Positions 9,615-19,881 of a DNA stretch of 64,000 bases are shown piece by piece. The DNA is from Sedimentisphaerales bacterium (GTDB taxonomy: Bacteria > Planctomycetota > Phycisphaerae > Sedimentisphaerales > Anaerobacaceae). The DNA lies in NCBI GenBank assembly GCA_040772485.1, contig JAXGYC010000007.1:224001-288000 (forward strand). The letters run 5' to 3'. The notes beneath the pieces are model-generated. The model saw nothing but the letters and a program-made list of their open reading frames with translations, had not been told where the DNA came from and did not search any database. The translations under genes were made by a program, and so were the position numbers. Position 1 is the first letter of the stretch; every line of letters starts with the position of its first letter.

Positions 9615-9668
9615 GCGACCATTAGGGATATCACCGGTCCGACGAGAGACCCCTCCAACAGGAAGAAC

Positions 9669-10454
9669 GTGAGCGTCATACAACTCCAAGACAAAGAAAC
9701 GATCGAGTCTTTTCTGCGCCGGAATCCCCAGCTGCACATTTATGCACTGGGGGATCTGGACGACTTCTTCTGGCCGTATACGACCTGGTTCGGCCGCCAG
9801 GAGGCCGGGGAATTGAAGGACATCGTTCTCGTCTACGCGGGCAGGGCGATGCCAACCGTGATCGCCGAGGCGGAACAGCCGGAGGGTATGCGCTTCCTGC
9901 TGGAGGAAATCGGTTCGCGCCTGCCCCGGCGGTTTCACGCCCATCTGAGCCTCGGCGTCGAAGACATCTTCCAGAACAGCCACATCGTGCATCCGCACGG
10001 AATGCACTGCCGGATGGCTCTTCGCAAGGGCACGCGCGTAAGAGACGTTGACGATTTCAGGGTCGTCCGGCTGGGCCCGGCCAACCTGGACGAGGCGCTG
10101 GCGTTCTACGAAGAAAGCTATCCCGGCAACTGGTTCGACGGCCGAATGCTTGAAACGGGGCGGTACTACGGTCTGCGGGATGCCGGAGGATTGCTGAGTG
10201 TGGCCGGTGTACACGTGTACTCACCGCGCTATCGCGTTGCCGCTCTGGGGAATATCGCGACCCATCCGGCTCGCCGCGGCAAAGGGTACGGGACACGCGT
10301 CACGGCGCAACTCTGCCGGACGCTGCGGGATGAGGTCGAGCACATCGGCCTGAATGTCAAAGCCGACAACGAGCCTGCATTGCGATGTTATCGCCGGTTG
10401 GGCTTCGAGGTCGTCGCTCGTTACGCGGAGTTTGACTTCGAGCGGCGGACCTGA
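9669..10454 (+). CDS. GNAT family N-acetyltransferase (FR47-like)
   Basis: 'GNIATHPARRGKGYG' acetyl-CoA motif and 'LNVKADNEPALRCYRRLGF'. Confidence 0.9.
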   Translation: MSVIQLQDKETIESFLRRNPQLHIYALGDLDDFFWPYTTWFGRQEAGELKDIVLVYAGRAMPTVIAEAEQPEGMRFLLEEIGSRLPRRFHAHLSLGVEDIFQNSHIVHPHGMHCRMALRKGTRVRDVDDFRVVRLGPANLDEALAFYEESYPGNWFDGRMLETGRYYGLRDAGGLLSVAGVHVYSPRYRVAALGNIATHPARRGKGYGTRVTAQLCRTLRDEVEHIGLNVKADNEPALRCYRRLGFEVVARYAEFDFERRT

Positions 10455-10462
10455 GGGCGAGG

Positions 10463-11455
10463 TCAGGCCTTCCACGCCCGGATCAGGGAATTCATGCCTT
10501 CGTCCGGGCACAGCAACTCGATATCGGCAAAGCCGCCAGCGGACAGGTCGTCACGAAACTCCCCGAAGGTATAGGAGTTGCCCCCTTCAGTCCCCACCAG
10601 CATGTTGACGGCAAACAGCGCCCCTGCCGGCGGCTTCGTACGCGACCGGTCCAGCACAACGTCGCGGATGGCCAGCGCCCCGCCCGGCGTCAGAGCGGCG
10701 TATATCTTGGCGAAGAGGGCCCGATTCTCCTGGCGGGAGTTCTGGTGGGCGATGGCGCTGAGCCACGCCAAATCCGCGCCGCCCGGCAAGTCGTCGCGGT
10801 TGTAGTCGCCGGCCACGAGGGTGACGCGATCGAGCAGATTGGCGCGCATCAAGCGTTGCCTGGCCAAAGGAACGACCTCGGGCAAGTCGAACAGCACCGC
10901 GGTCGCGTCGGGCGCCGCCCTTAGAAAGGCGATCGTCCAGGTGCCGGAAGCCCCTCCGATGTCCAGGAGCCGCTGGAACCTCAGAGGCTCCAGCCTGCCG
11001 ACCACCGCCGGAGCGACGGCGACGCTGAAATTGTCCATGGCGCCGATGAAGGCCTCGGTGTCGGCAATTTCACCTCGTATGCTCGGCGTCCGCTGGGCGG
11101 GCCCACCGTCGCGGACCACCCTGGCAAGCTGAACCCAGCGGCGCAGGCAGTTGGCCTGATGACGCAGCCCGGCCAGTACGTTGGTCGGTGAATCTTCGCT
11201 CAGCAGATTGGCCACCTCGGGCGGGACCACATAGACGTCGCCCCGCTTCGCAAGCAGATCCAGGGCCGCCAGAGCGTCCAGCAGGATCGCCGTGGCTCGC
11301 GGATCGGTGTCCAGAACCGACGCCAGGGCCGCAGCGGTCGCCGCTCCCCGGGCCAGGACGGTGAAGACGTCCAGATCAGCCGCCGCGAGAACCACACAGG
11401 CCGGCTGAAACGCCCGAGCGGTTTCCAGGAGTTTCGCTTCTGTCCACAACTGCAC
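10463..11455 (-). CDS. SAM-dependent O-methyltransferase (dimerisation domain plus Methyltransf_2)
   Basis: N-terminal winged-helix dimerisation region; LLDIGGASG, LFDLPEV and VAGDY motifs. Confidence 0.9.
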   Translation of the reverse strand: MQLWTEAKLLETARAFQPACVVLAAADLDVFTVLARGAATAAALASVLDTDPRATAILLDALAALDLLAKRGDVYVVPPEVANLLSEDSPTNVLAGLRHQANCLRRWVQLARVVRDGGPAQRTPSIRGEIADTEAFIGAMDNFSVAVAPAVVGRLEPLRFQRLLDIGGASGTWTIAFLRAAPDATAVLFDLPEVVPLARQRLMRANLLDRVTLVAGDYNRDDLPGGADLAWLSAIAHQNSRQENRALFAKIYAALTPGGALAIRDVVLDRSRTKPPAGALFAVNMLVGTEGGNSYTFGEFRDDLSAGGFADIELLCPDEGMNSLIRAWKA

Positions 11456-11754
11456 CGTAGAGACTCTCCTTCTGCGGATGACCCAATGATCCCGCCGGAA
11501 CGAAAGAACAGGACACGCAACGCCTTACGTGCAGCCGATGGTATCAGAAGCCTCCGGGGAAGGGCACCAATTTCCAGCGGGCGCCCGGCAGTTTTTCCGC
11601 GTTCGCTCTTGACGAGACCCGTGACTTGGGGTTTACTGTGGTCTTTGGCATGCTCAAGTCGGGGTGCGAGCGAGGCTCGGCACCGTCGATGTGTCCGACG
11701 GGACTCGCCCCGGACCGGCAGTTTGGCGAATGTCAGTTGAAAGGAGACTCTCCG

Positions 11755-12546
11755 ATGACAAGGACCGTTATCATTGCCACAACCCTGCTCTTGCTGGTCG
11801 CTGCCGCAGGATGTACCCCCACGGACCGTGGGCTAAGTCACCGACTGCCCCAGCGAACCATTTACGAGAGCCCAACACCTGCCGCGGAGGCAGACCAGGT
11901 GGTGGGCTCCACGGATGAAGTGGACCTCGTGGAACAGGTGGCGACGCATCGCCGGTCCTACCGCCGCAGCCTGGAACTGCTCGTGACCCATTACACCGTC
12001 GTCGGAGACAACCGCAAGCTCAAGTGGGCTCAGGAAGAATTGCGGGCGCTGGACCGGATGCCGCAGTACCGTTATATCATCGACGCCCAGGTCATGCCGG
12101 CGGACTTGCAGGCCTCGACGCGAATCCCGGCGGCGGACGAGTTGTATCTGGACGCAGTTGAGACGCAGCGCCAGGCCGAGCCGATCGGAATCCTCAAGGA
12201 TGAGGAACTGCTGCGTGTGGCGCTGACGAAGTACAACGCGTTGATTCGCCAGTATCCCAATTCCGAGAAGATCGACGATGCGGCTTACCGGGCGGCGGGA
12301 ATCTACGATTACTTCAAGGACTATGAGATCGCCCTGCTCTACTACCAGCGGGCGTATCAATGGGACCCGGACACGCCCTATCCGGCGAGATTCTACGCCG
12401 CTTCGCTACTCGACAAGAAGCTGCACCGGCGTGACGAAGCGCTGCAAGTCTATCAGGAAGCTGTCCTGCGGGAAGGCGACCGGTACGACGAGTGGAAGAT
12501 GTACGGGGAACGCCGGATCAAGGAGCTCAGCAGCTCCCAGAACTGA
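11755..12546 (+). CDS. Putative lipoprotein with TPR repeats
   Basis: AAGGAG RBS; signal peptide with lipobox AAAGC; TPR-like 'QYPNSEKIDDAAYRAAGIY...ALLYYQRAYQWDP'. Confidence 0.8.
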   Translation: MTRTVIIATTLLLLVAAAGCTPTDRGLSHRLPQRTIYESPTPAAEADQVVGSTDEVDLVEQVATHRRSYRRSLELLVTHYTVVGDNRKLKWAQEELRALDRMPQYRYIIDAQVMPADLQASTRIPAADELYLDAVETQRQAEPIGILKDEELLRVALTKYNALIRQYPNSEKIDDAAYRAAGIYDYFKDYEIALLYYQRAYQWDPDTPYPARFYAASLLDKKLHRRDEALQVYQEAVLREGDRYDEWKMYGERRIKELSSSQN

Positions 12547-12656
12547 TGCCGCTTGACAGGTTTATCGCCAGCGTGTCTTCTCAGGGTCTGACAGTACGTC
12601 AGACCCTTTTTTGTTGGTCATGGCGGTCTGCCGGAAGGACCGCGTGAGGAACAGCT

Positions 12657-14078
12657 ATGGAGCCGCTGGAGCGGAAGGTGGCGGGTTTCATTCGAGGCAT
12701 GGATCTGTTCTCAGGGGCCAGACGTGTCCTGCTGGCTGTCTCGGGCGGGGTGGACTCCGTCGCCCTGCTGCACGTGATGCACCGATTGACCGCGCATGAA
12801 GTGATCGGCGTCGAGCTTCTCTGCGGCCACATCAATCACAAACTTCGAGGGGCCGCCGGCGACGGCGACGAGGCTTTCGTAATCCAAGAGGCGCGCGAGT
12901 TGAACCTGCCTGTCGTCAGCCGAGCTGTCAACGTCAGAGCGTATGCACAGGAGCATCACCTCTCAACGGAAACGGCAGCGCGGCAGTTGAGGCGGAATAC
13001 CCTTATCGAGATCGCCCGCGCCCACGGTTGTGCCGCCATCGCCATGGGGCACCAGAAGAACGACAATGCCGAGACCATCCTCCAGCGACTGGGACGCGGG
13101 ACGGGCCTGCGAGGTCTGGGCGGCATCTGGCCGTCGCGATGGGCCGCCGACGGCCTCGCGTTGGTCCGCCCGCTGCTGGAGTGCTCGCGCATCGAGATCG
13201 TCGAGTATCTCCGATCGAGGAAGCTCTCCTGGCGGGACGATCATACTAATAGCGACTGCATCTATACGCGTAACCGGATTCGCCATCGCCTGCTGCCGGC
13301 ATTGCAGGCCCGATCCGACAGCCTGCTTATCGAGGAACTGGCCTCACTGGCGGCTTCTGCCAGGAAGTTGTACGCCCGAGTTGCCGACGAGGCCCAGGAA
13401 GCAGCTACGCAGTACGTGGAGTTCGGCGCCGCTGAGGCTGGCATCGATACGATGGGGCTCGCCGGCCTGCCCGAACCCGTCGGGGTGGAGCTGCTCAGGC
13501 AGACGCTGGCGAAACTGGGCCTCGGCGAACGCGACGTGACCCGGCGACACTACCGCGGCCTGCTGGCATTGACCGGACCTGCGTCAGGCGGGCAAAAGGT
13601 GAACTTGCCCGGCGACTTCTGGGCACAGCGTTTGCGCGACACGATCGTCGTGCGCCGGCCGCCGTGCGGGTGCCAACAACTGCCCGGCCCGCTCGAACTG
13701 CGTATCCCCGGAACCACACGATTCGGATCCTATCGCATCGACGCGCAGATCCTCGACGCCGGGCAGATCGAGCCGGCAGCAATCACCGGCAAGAAGAACC
13801 CCTTCCAGGAATACCTCGACCTCGGCCGTATCCGCCGTCCGCTCGTTGTGCGACCGCGCCGCCCCGGTGACCGGTTTGTCCCACTGGGCCAACATAGTCA
13901 GAAGAAGGTCGGCAAGTTTCTCACGGCCGCCAAAGTCCCGGACAATCTCCGTTCGCGAGCCTTTGTCATCGAAGACGTCCAAGCCATTCTCTGGGTCTGC
14001 CCCATCCGCATCAGCGACCGCGCCAAGGTCACCGAAAACACGTCGATCATCCTTGATCTGAGCGTCGCGGAAGTGTAG
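12657..14078 (+). CDS. tilS: tRNA(Ile)-lysidine synthetase
   Basis: PP-loop AVSGGVDS, HINHKLR, GHQKNDNAET, RPLL, RNRIR; C-terminal 'RRPGDRFVPLG...KKVGKFL' TilS_C domain. Confidence 0.96.
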   Translation: MEPLERKVAGFIRGMDLFSGARRVLLAVSGGVDSVALLHVMHRLTAHEVIGVELLCGHINHKLRGAAGDGDEAFVIQEARELNLPVVSRAVNVRAYAQEHHLSTETAARQLRRNTLIEIARAHGCAAIAMGHQKNDNAETILQRLGRGTGLRGLGGIWPSRWAADGLALVRPLLECSRIEIVEYLRSRKLSWRDDHTNSDCIYTRNRIRHRLLPALQARSDSLLIEELASLAASARKLYARVADEAQEAATQYVEFGAAEAGIDTMGLAGLPEPVGVELLRQTLAKLGLGERDVTRRHYRGLLALTGPASGGQKVNLPGDFWAQRLRDTIVVRRPPCGCQQLPGPLELRIPGTTRFGSYRIDAQILDAGQIEPAAITGKKNPFQEYLDLGRIRRPLVVRPRRPGDRFVPLGQHSQKKVGKFLTAAKVPDNLRSRAFVIEDVQAILWVCPIRISDRAKVTENTSIILDLSVAEV

Positions 14079-14116
14079 CTTCTATCGATAGCTGAGAATC
14101 GCAAAGGAGGGAAGAC

Positions 14117-15145
14117 ATGATCAGTCGCAGGCAGTTGCTGGAGCACGCCAAGGCTCAGGGAGCCACGGACATCCATGTTTGCGCAGGGGCGCCGATCCTC
14201 TTTCGCATTGGCGGCAGGCTTGTGCCTGTGACAAAGGAGAAGTTAACCGCGCAGCAAAGCCAGGAGATCGCCTATGACCTGCTGACGGTCGAGCAGAGGA
14301 AACTCTTCGAGGAGAGACTCGACTACGACCTGATGCTGGCCGAGGACCAGGGGCGCTATCGCATCAATGTCGGGTACTTCGACAGCGCCGTCGGCGCCAC
14401 CATCCGCATCTTGCCCGCGTACGCCAGAACGATTGCCGAGCTGTTCCTGCCGGACGTCGTCAGGGACCTCGCCCATCGTCGCAAGGGACTGGTCCTGATT
14501 ACCGGCGCCACCAGCCAGGGCAAGACCACCACGATGACGGCGATGATCGACGAGATCAACACGAGCAGCGAGAAACACGTCATCACCATCGAAGACCCGA
14601 TCGAGTATACGCACGTCAACAAAGCCGGCGTCGTCCGCCAGCGCGAAATCGGCCGCGACACTCAGTCGTTCCAATCCGGATTGCGGGCGGCCCTGCGACA
14701 GGATCCCGACGTCATCGCCATCGGCGAGATGCGGGACTACGAGACCATCAAGATCGCCCTGACGGCCGCCGAGACAGGGGTGCTCGTCCTCTCGACGCTG
14801 CACGTGATCTCGATCGACAAGATCCTGGAGAGATTGCTCAGTTACGCGCCGGCCCATGACGAAGGACAGTTGCGGTTCCTGTTGGCCGAATCGCTTCAGG
14901 GCGTCATCCATCAGGAGTTGGTTCCCACTGTGGACGGCCGGCAACGCGTGGCGTGTGAAGTGCTGGTGGTGACCAGCGCCGCGAAGAACATCATTCGCCG
15001 CAAGGGCGGCTACTTTTTGCGCAGCGTAATTGAGACGGGCAAAAAGCATGGCATGGTCACCATGGAAGAATCCATCAACGGATTGCTCGCTCAGAAGACC
15101 ATCACCGAAGCCGTCGCGGAGAGTATCCTGGCGAACTACAAATAA
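14117..15145 (+). CDS. pilT: PilT/PilU family type IV pilus retraction ATPase
   Basis: ATDIH, Walker A GATSQGKTTT, TIEDPIE, QREIG, LRQDPDVIAIGEMRD, TLH; AAKNIIR stands in for AIRNLIR. Confidence 0.9.
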   Translation: MISRRQLLEHAKAQGATDIHVCAGAPILFRIGGRLVPVTKEKLTAQQSQEIAYDLLTVEQRKLFEERLDYDLMLAEDQGRYRINVGYFDSAVGATIRILPAYARTIAELFLPDVVRDLAHRRKGLVLITGATSQGKTTTMTAMIDEINTSSEKHVITIEDPIEYTHVNKAGVVRQREIGRDTQSFQSGLRAALRQDPDVIAIGEMRDYETIKIALTAAETGVLVLSTLHVISIDKILERLLSYAPAHDEGQLRFLLAESLQGVIHQELVPTVDGRQRVACEVLVVTSAAKNIIRRKGGYFLRSVIETGKKHGMVTMEESINGLLAQKTITEAVAESILANYK

Positions 15146-15188
15146 CACGAGGTGAATTCATCGGACTTCCGCCAGTCAGGAGGCAAGC

Positions 15189-16670
15189 ATGGGCAAGAGC
15201 ACGCGACGCGAATTTCTGAAGGCCGCCGGTCTGGGGGCAGCGTCTTTGGCGCTAACCGGCAGCATGCCGTTGTCGGCACAGGACCGCGGAGCAAGACCGC
15301 GACCCAACATCCTGCTCTGCATCGCCGACGACTGGTCTTGGCCCCACGCGAGCATCGCCGGCGACCCCGTCGTCAGAACCCCCGCGTTCGATCGTGTCGC
15401 GCGCGAAGGGGTGCTGTTCGAGAACGCTTTCGTCACGGCGCCGTCCTGTACCCCCTCGCGAGGTTCGATCCTCACCGGGCAGTGGCACTGGCGACTGGAA
15501 GAAGGCGGGAATCTCTGGAGCACTCTGCCGGCCAGGTTCGCGGTCTATCCCGATCTGCTGGAGAAGTCCGGGTATCACGTCGGCGTGACGCGCAAGGGCT
15601 GGGGACCGGGCCGGATCGAGCCGGGCGGCCGGACGCGAAACCCGGCCGGGCGATCATATAAGGATTTCCGGGCCTTCCTCGAAGCACGTCCGCCAGATGC
15701 GCCATTTTGCTTCTGGTTCGGCAGTACCGATCCACACAGGCCGTATGAACAAGGGTCCGGCGTCAAGAGCGGCATGAAACCACAAGACGTTCGTGTGCCC
15801 GCCTGCCTGCCGGATGACGAAATCGTTCGCAGCGACTTGTGCGACTACTACTGGGAGGTGCAAAGATTCGACCGCGAGGTCTCAGAGCTGCTGGGGTTGC
15901 TTGAGGCCCGTGGTGACCTGGACAACACGCTCCTCGTGGTCACCGGCGACAACGGATTGCCGTTTCCCCGATGCAAGAGCAACTTGTACGACCTTGGGAC
16001 CCATGTGCCTCTGGCGATCCGCTGGCCCGCCAGAGTTCCGGGCGGCCGCATCGTGAAGGACCTCGTCAGCCTGCAAGACCTGGCCCCGACGTTCATCGAG
16101 GCGGCGAGTCTCACGCCGCCATCGGAGATGACGGGGCGCAGTCTGATCGGCGTCCTGACATCAGAGAAGTCAGAACATGCCGAGCCGGGACGCGACCATG
16201 TTCTGACCGGCAAGGAGCGACACGCCTGGGTTCGCAAAGGAGGCTTGGGCTATCCGTGCCGGGCGATCCGCACACACGACTTCCTCTACATCCGCAACTA
16301 TGAACCTGGCCGATGGCCGGCAGGAGACCCCGTCGACGGCGGCGTACCCTACTACCCCAGTTGGAGCTATGGGGACATCGACGGCTCGCCCACGAAAACA
16401 TATATGCTGGAGCACGCGGACAAGCCGCACGTGAAAAGACTCTTTGAATTGGCCTGCGCCAAGCGCCCTGCCGAAGAGCTGTATGACCTGCGAAGAGATC
16501 CGGAGCAACTCAATAATGTGGCCGGCGTACCGGACTATGCCGCCGCTCGGAAACAACTGGCGGCAGCCCTCCAGGCGGAGCTGGCGGCAACGGGCGACCC
16601 GCGTGCGCTGGACGCAGGCGATGTCTTCGACCGCTATCCCTACTACGGGGGCCAGCAGCCGCGGACATAG
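15189..16670 (+). CDS. Tat-exported sulfatase (S1, sulfamidase-like)
   Basis: Tat motif TRREFLK; PNILLCIADD; formylglycine motif CTPSR; DPHRPY; GDNG; EELYDL..DP. Confidence 0.93.
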   Translation: MGKSTRREFLKAAGLGAASLALTGSMPLSAQDRGARPRPNILLCIADDWSWPHASIAGDPVVRTPAFDRVAREGVLFENAFVTAPSCTPSRGSILTGQWHWRLEEGGNLWSTLPARFAVYPDLLEKSGYHVGVTRKGWGPGRIEPGGRTRNPAGRSYKDFRAFLEARPPDAPFCFWFGSTDPHRPYEQGSGVKSGMKPQDVRVPACLPDDEIVRSDLCDYYWEVQRFDREVSELLGLLEARGDLDNTLLVVTGDNGLPFPRCKSNLYDLGTHVPLAIRWPARVPGGRIVKDLVSLQDLAPTFIEAASLTPPSEMTGRSLIGVLTSEKSEHAEPGRDHVLTGKERHAWVRKGGLGYPCRAIRTHDFLYIRNYEPGRWPAGDPVDGGVPYYPSWSYGDIDGSPTKTYMLEHADKPHVKRLFELACAKRPAEELYDLRRDPEQLNNVAGVPDYAAARKQLAAALQAELAATGDPRALDAGDVFDRYPYYGGQQPRT

Positions 16671-16675
16671 CATCA

Positions 16676-18817
16676 TCAGAAGTCGCACAGGCCACAGATG
16701 CAGCCGCCGGAGTAGTCGTCCTCGACCGACACGAGATCGCTCCGCTGACGAATCTCGTCTTCCATCGAGAGAACCTGCTCGGGCTTCGAGCCATAGCGGT
16801 AGATCGTGATGCCTTTGCAGCGGAGTCGATGAGCGGTCAGGTAGATATCACGAACGTCCTCCACGGTCGCGCCAGCGGGAAGATTGATGGTCTTCGAAAC
16901 GGCGTTGTCGGTGTATCGCTGAAACGCCGCCTGAATCTCAAGGTGCTGGCGCGCCGGGATGTCGAACGTCGTGACGAAGAGCTTCTTCACATCCGGCGGC
17001 ACGCCCTTGACGTTCTTCAGGGAGCCGCGTGTTGCCATCTCCGCCAGCATGTCGCGTCGGTAGAAACCGCGATCGTGGGCGACTTTCTCAAACCACGGAT
17101 TGGTTTCGAAGAGGCGCGTTCCGGACAGGACGTTGCGGACGAAGCTGATCGCGAACAGCGGCTCGATGCCGCTGGAGCAGCCGGCGATGATGCTGATCGT
17201 CCCCGTCGGCGCAATCGTGTTGACCGTGGCATTGCGAAGTTTGTGATTCCTTTGGGCATGGATCGATTTCCGGAAACTCGGAAACGGCCCCCGGACGCGC
17301 GCCAGTTGCTCCGAAGCGACGAGCGATTCGGCATGAATGAACCGCATGAGCCTGCGTGCAAACGTGACGGCCTGCGGCGAGTCGTAGGCAATGCCCAGTC
17401 GAATCAGAAGGTCGGCAAATCCCATCACGCCCAGACCGATCTTCCGGTTCGCTCTCGTTACATTCGCAATCGACTCCAAAGGAAAGCGATTGACGTCGAT
17501 TACATCATCGAGAAACCGCACGCCCCAGTGGACCCGGTCTCGCAGCTTGTCCCAATCGACCCTCGCGCCGGCGCCCTTGCTGCCCCGGCTCTCGACAACC
17601 ATCCGGGCCAGGTTGATCGAGCCAAGGATGCAACTCTCGAAAGGCAGCAGAGGCACCTCGCCGCAGGGGTTCGTCGCTTCGATCCGGCCCTGCCCCGGCG
17701 TGGGATTGGCCCGGTTGATGTGGTCGAGAAAGACCAGACCCGGATCCCCCGTCCGCCAGGCCGCGTTGACCATCATGTCAAACAGGACTTCCGCTCGGAT
17801 CTGTCTTGAACCCCGGCCGGTCCTGGGATTGACCAACGCAAAGGTCCGTCCGTTCACCACGGCCCGCATGAACCGGTCGGTGACACTGACCGACAGATTG
17901 AAGTTCGCCAGCACGCCCGCGCGGCTTTTCGCCTCGATGAACTCCACGATGTCCGGATGGTCACACCGCAGGATGCCCATGTTGGCGCCGCGTCGCTTGC
18001 CGCCCTGGACGATGATCTCGGTCGCCTTGTCGAAGATACTCAGAAACGAGATGGGGCCGGACGCATGTCCCTGCGTCGAAGCGACCACGTCGCCGCGAGG
18101 ACGAAGCCGCGAGAAGGCGAATCCGGTGCCGCCTCCGGTCTGGTGGATGCGGGCCATCTCTCCCAGTGCCCGGAAGATCCCCTCGATCGAGTCTTCGATG
18201 GGGATGACAAAGCAGGCGGAGAGCTGCCCCAGACGCGTGCCGGCGTTCATCAAAGTCGGCGAGTTGGGCAGGAACTCCAGGTTTCGCATCATCTCGTAGA
18301 ACTGCTGCTCCGCCTCGTCGACGACCGATGGCGGTCCGTAGTTCGCCTCCGCCTGGGCCACGTGATGAGCCACCCGGCGGAACAGCTCGCTGGGCGTCTC
18401 AACGATGCGGCGCGTTTCATCCCTGAGCAAGTACCTTCTCTTGAGCACCTCGATAGCGTTGACGGACAGCTTGAGGTCGTCCCTGGAGCCAAAGGCCGCT
18501 TTGGCCAGGCGGATTTGCGAACGGTTCTCCCGGTACAGAATGTAGGCCTTGGCGATGCGGCTGTGGCCCTCGCTCATCAGGACCGTCTCAACAATATCCT
18601 GGATGGTCTCAATACGGGGAACGCCCCTGGCAGACCGCTGAGCCAGGTGATCGACAACGACCTGGGTTGCCTGTGCCGCAACATCGTCCGCGCGCTTCTG
18701 GTCTTGGAGGACCTCCAGGGATGCGCGTCGGATGGCATCCCGGATCTTGGACGCATCGAACGCCACCACGCGGCCGTCCCGTTTCTCTACGCCTTTGGGA
18801 AAATCAGTGTGGGCCAT
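16676..18817 (-). CDS. nrdJ: Adenosylcobalamin-dependent (class II) ribonucleotide reductase with N-terminal ATP cone
   Basis: ATP cone VEKRDG...KI..AI; FLPNSPTLMNAG; QLSACF; TNPCGE active site; TIAPTGTIS; SKTIN; KGITIYR; no beta subunit gene nearby. Confidence 0.93.
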   Translation of the reverse strand: MAHTDFPKGVEKRDGRVVAFDASKIRDAIRRASLEVLQDQKRADDVAAQATQVVVDHLAQRSARGVPRIETIQDIVETVLMSEGHSRIAKAYILYRENRSQIRLAKAAFGSRDDLKLSVNAIEVLKRRYLLRDETRRIVETPSELFRRVAHHVAQAEANYGPPSVVDEAEQQFYEMMRNLEFLPNSPTLMNAGTRLGQLSACFVIPIEDSIEGIFRALGEMARIHQTGGGTGFAFSRLRPRGDVVASTQGHASGPISFLSIFDKATEIIVQGGKRRGANMGILRCDHPDIVEFIEAKSRAGVLANFNLSVSVTDRFMRAVVNGRTFALVNPRTGRGSRQIRAEVLFDMMVNAAWRTGDPGLVFLDHINRANPTPGQGRIEATNPCGEVPLLPFESCILGSINLARMVVESRGSKGAGARVDWDKLRDRVHWGVRFLDDVIDVNRFPLESIANVTRANRKIGLGVMGFADLLIRLGIAYDSPQAVTFARRLMRFIHAESLVASEQLARVRGPFPSFRKSIHAQRNHKLRNATVNTIAPTGTISIIAGCSSGIEPLFAISFVRNVLSGTRLFETNPWFEKVAHDRGFYRRDMLAEMATRGSLKNVKGVPPDVKKLFVTTFDIPARQHLEIQAAFQRYTDNAVSKTINLPAGATVEDVRDIYLTAHRLRCKGITIYRYGSKPEQVLSMEDEIRQRSDLVSVEDDYSGGCICGLCDF

Positions 18818-18969
18818 TGTCCGAATCCTCTACTCTCGTAAGCGGCGCCCATCGCTCGCCAACAGTCCGTGCCTGCCATCCACCATACGCATCCCCGCCC
18901 GCGTCAACCATCCGTTTTTGCGGTTTTCTGCCGTCGGCCGGCCCGAACGACGGATTTCTGTCAAGATTC

Positions 18970-19020
18970 TTGACCCAAAGTACGATCTAAGATTATAAGC
19001 TCTCGCGCCCGGTTTCTCTA
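18970..19020. promoter_or_regulatory. Possible overlapping divergent sigma70 promoters (nrdJ and wza)
   Basis: Plus strand TTGACC-18 bp-TATAAG; minus strand TAGAGA-17 bp-TATAAT; both use the palindromic TTATAA. Confidence 0.4.
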
Positions 19021-19088
19021 TCGGATTGCGGATGGGCACCCGGGCACTGTAACAGAGTCCCATAATCTTGAAATGAAGGAGAGTCAGA

Positions 19089-19856
19089 GTGAATCCCTTG
19101 AAAGCACTTGGGCTCGTTGCGCTTTTGTTTGTCATCGGCTCGATCGCGGGATGCTTCTCTTCGAATCCCGATGATATCCGCGCCTTCGTCAAGCCCTACG
19201 AGGTTGACGTGACGGCGGAGAACTATGTCTTCGAACCGCCGGATGAGGTGGAGATTCATTGCCCGGATATCCCGCCGCTCGACATGCAGCGCCAACGCAT
19301 TCGTCCCGACGGCAAGATCAGCTTCAAAGAGCTGGGCGAGATCGAGGTGGCCGGCAAGACTCCCAAAGAGGTATCCGCTCTGATCGAGGGCATGGTTACC
19401 GAGCTGTATGCGCTGCCGGGCGACAACCGCATCGATGTCCGCGTGGCCGCCTTCACCAGCAAAGTCTACTACGTCGTCGGACAAGTGATGCGTCCAGGCC
19501 CCCGCAACTACACCGGACGGGACAACCTCGTGACCGCCCTGGCCGACGCTCAACCCAATTCCATGGCCTGGGAGAAGCGGATTCAGGTCATCCGCCCATC
19601 GGCAACCGAGGCCGAGAGGCCGATGATCTTCGAGATCGACTACATCAGGGTCATCAAGGAGGGCGACACCACGAACAACGTACTCCTGGAAGAAGGCGAC
19701 ATCGTATACGTGCCGCCGACCATCCTGGCCTCCTTCGGCCTGCTCCTCGAAGAGTTCATCAGCCCGATCGCGAGAGCCTTCTACGGCGCATATCTCATCC
19801 AGAATCCGCCTTCCGGCGGCGGCGAGTACAGCCCCTACGGTGGCAGCCGGTATTGA
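19089..19856 (+). CDS. wza: Polysaccharide export lipoprotein (Wza/OPX family)
   Basis: Lipobox IAGC; PES motif 'IRPDGKISFKELGEIEVAGKT'; SLBB 'YVVGQVMRPG'; 'NVLLEEGDIVYVP'. Confidence 0.9.
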   Translation: MNPLKALGLVALLFVIGSIAGCFSSNPDDIRAFVKPYEVDVTAENYVFEPPDEVEIHCPDIPPLDMQRQRIRPDGKISFKELGEIEVAGKTPKEVSALIEGMVTELYALPGDNRIDVRVAAFTSKVYYVVGQVMRPGPRNYTGRDNLVTALADAQPNSMAWEKRIQVIRPSATEAERPMIFEIDYIRVIKEGDTTNNVLLEEGDIVYVPPTILASFGLLLEEFISPIARAFYGAYLIQNPPSGGGEYSPYGGSRY

Positions 19857-19881
19857 CGGCGCATCGCGGGAAGACGAACGT

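Noticed and set aside
18818..19088. Cobalamin riboswitch or NrdR box upstream of nrdJ
   Set aside because: No convincing B12-box or NrdR consensus could be seen by eye.
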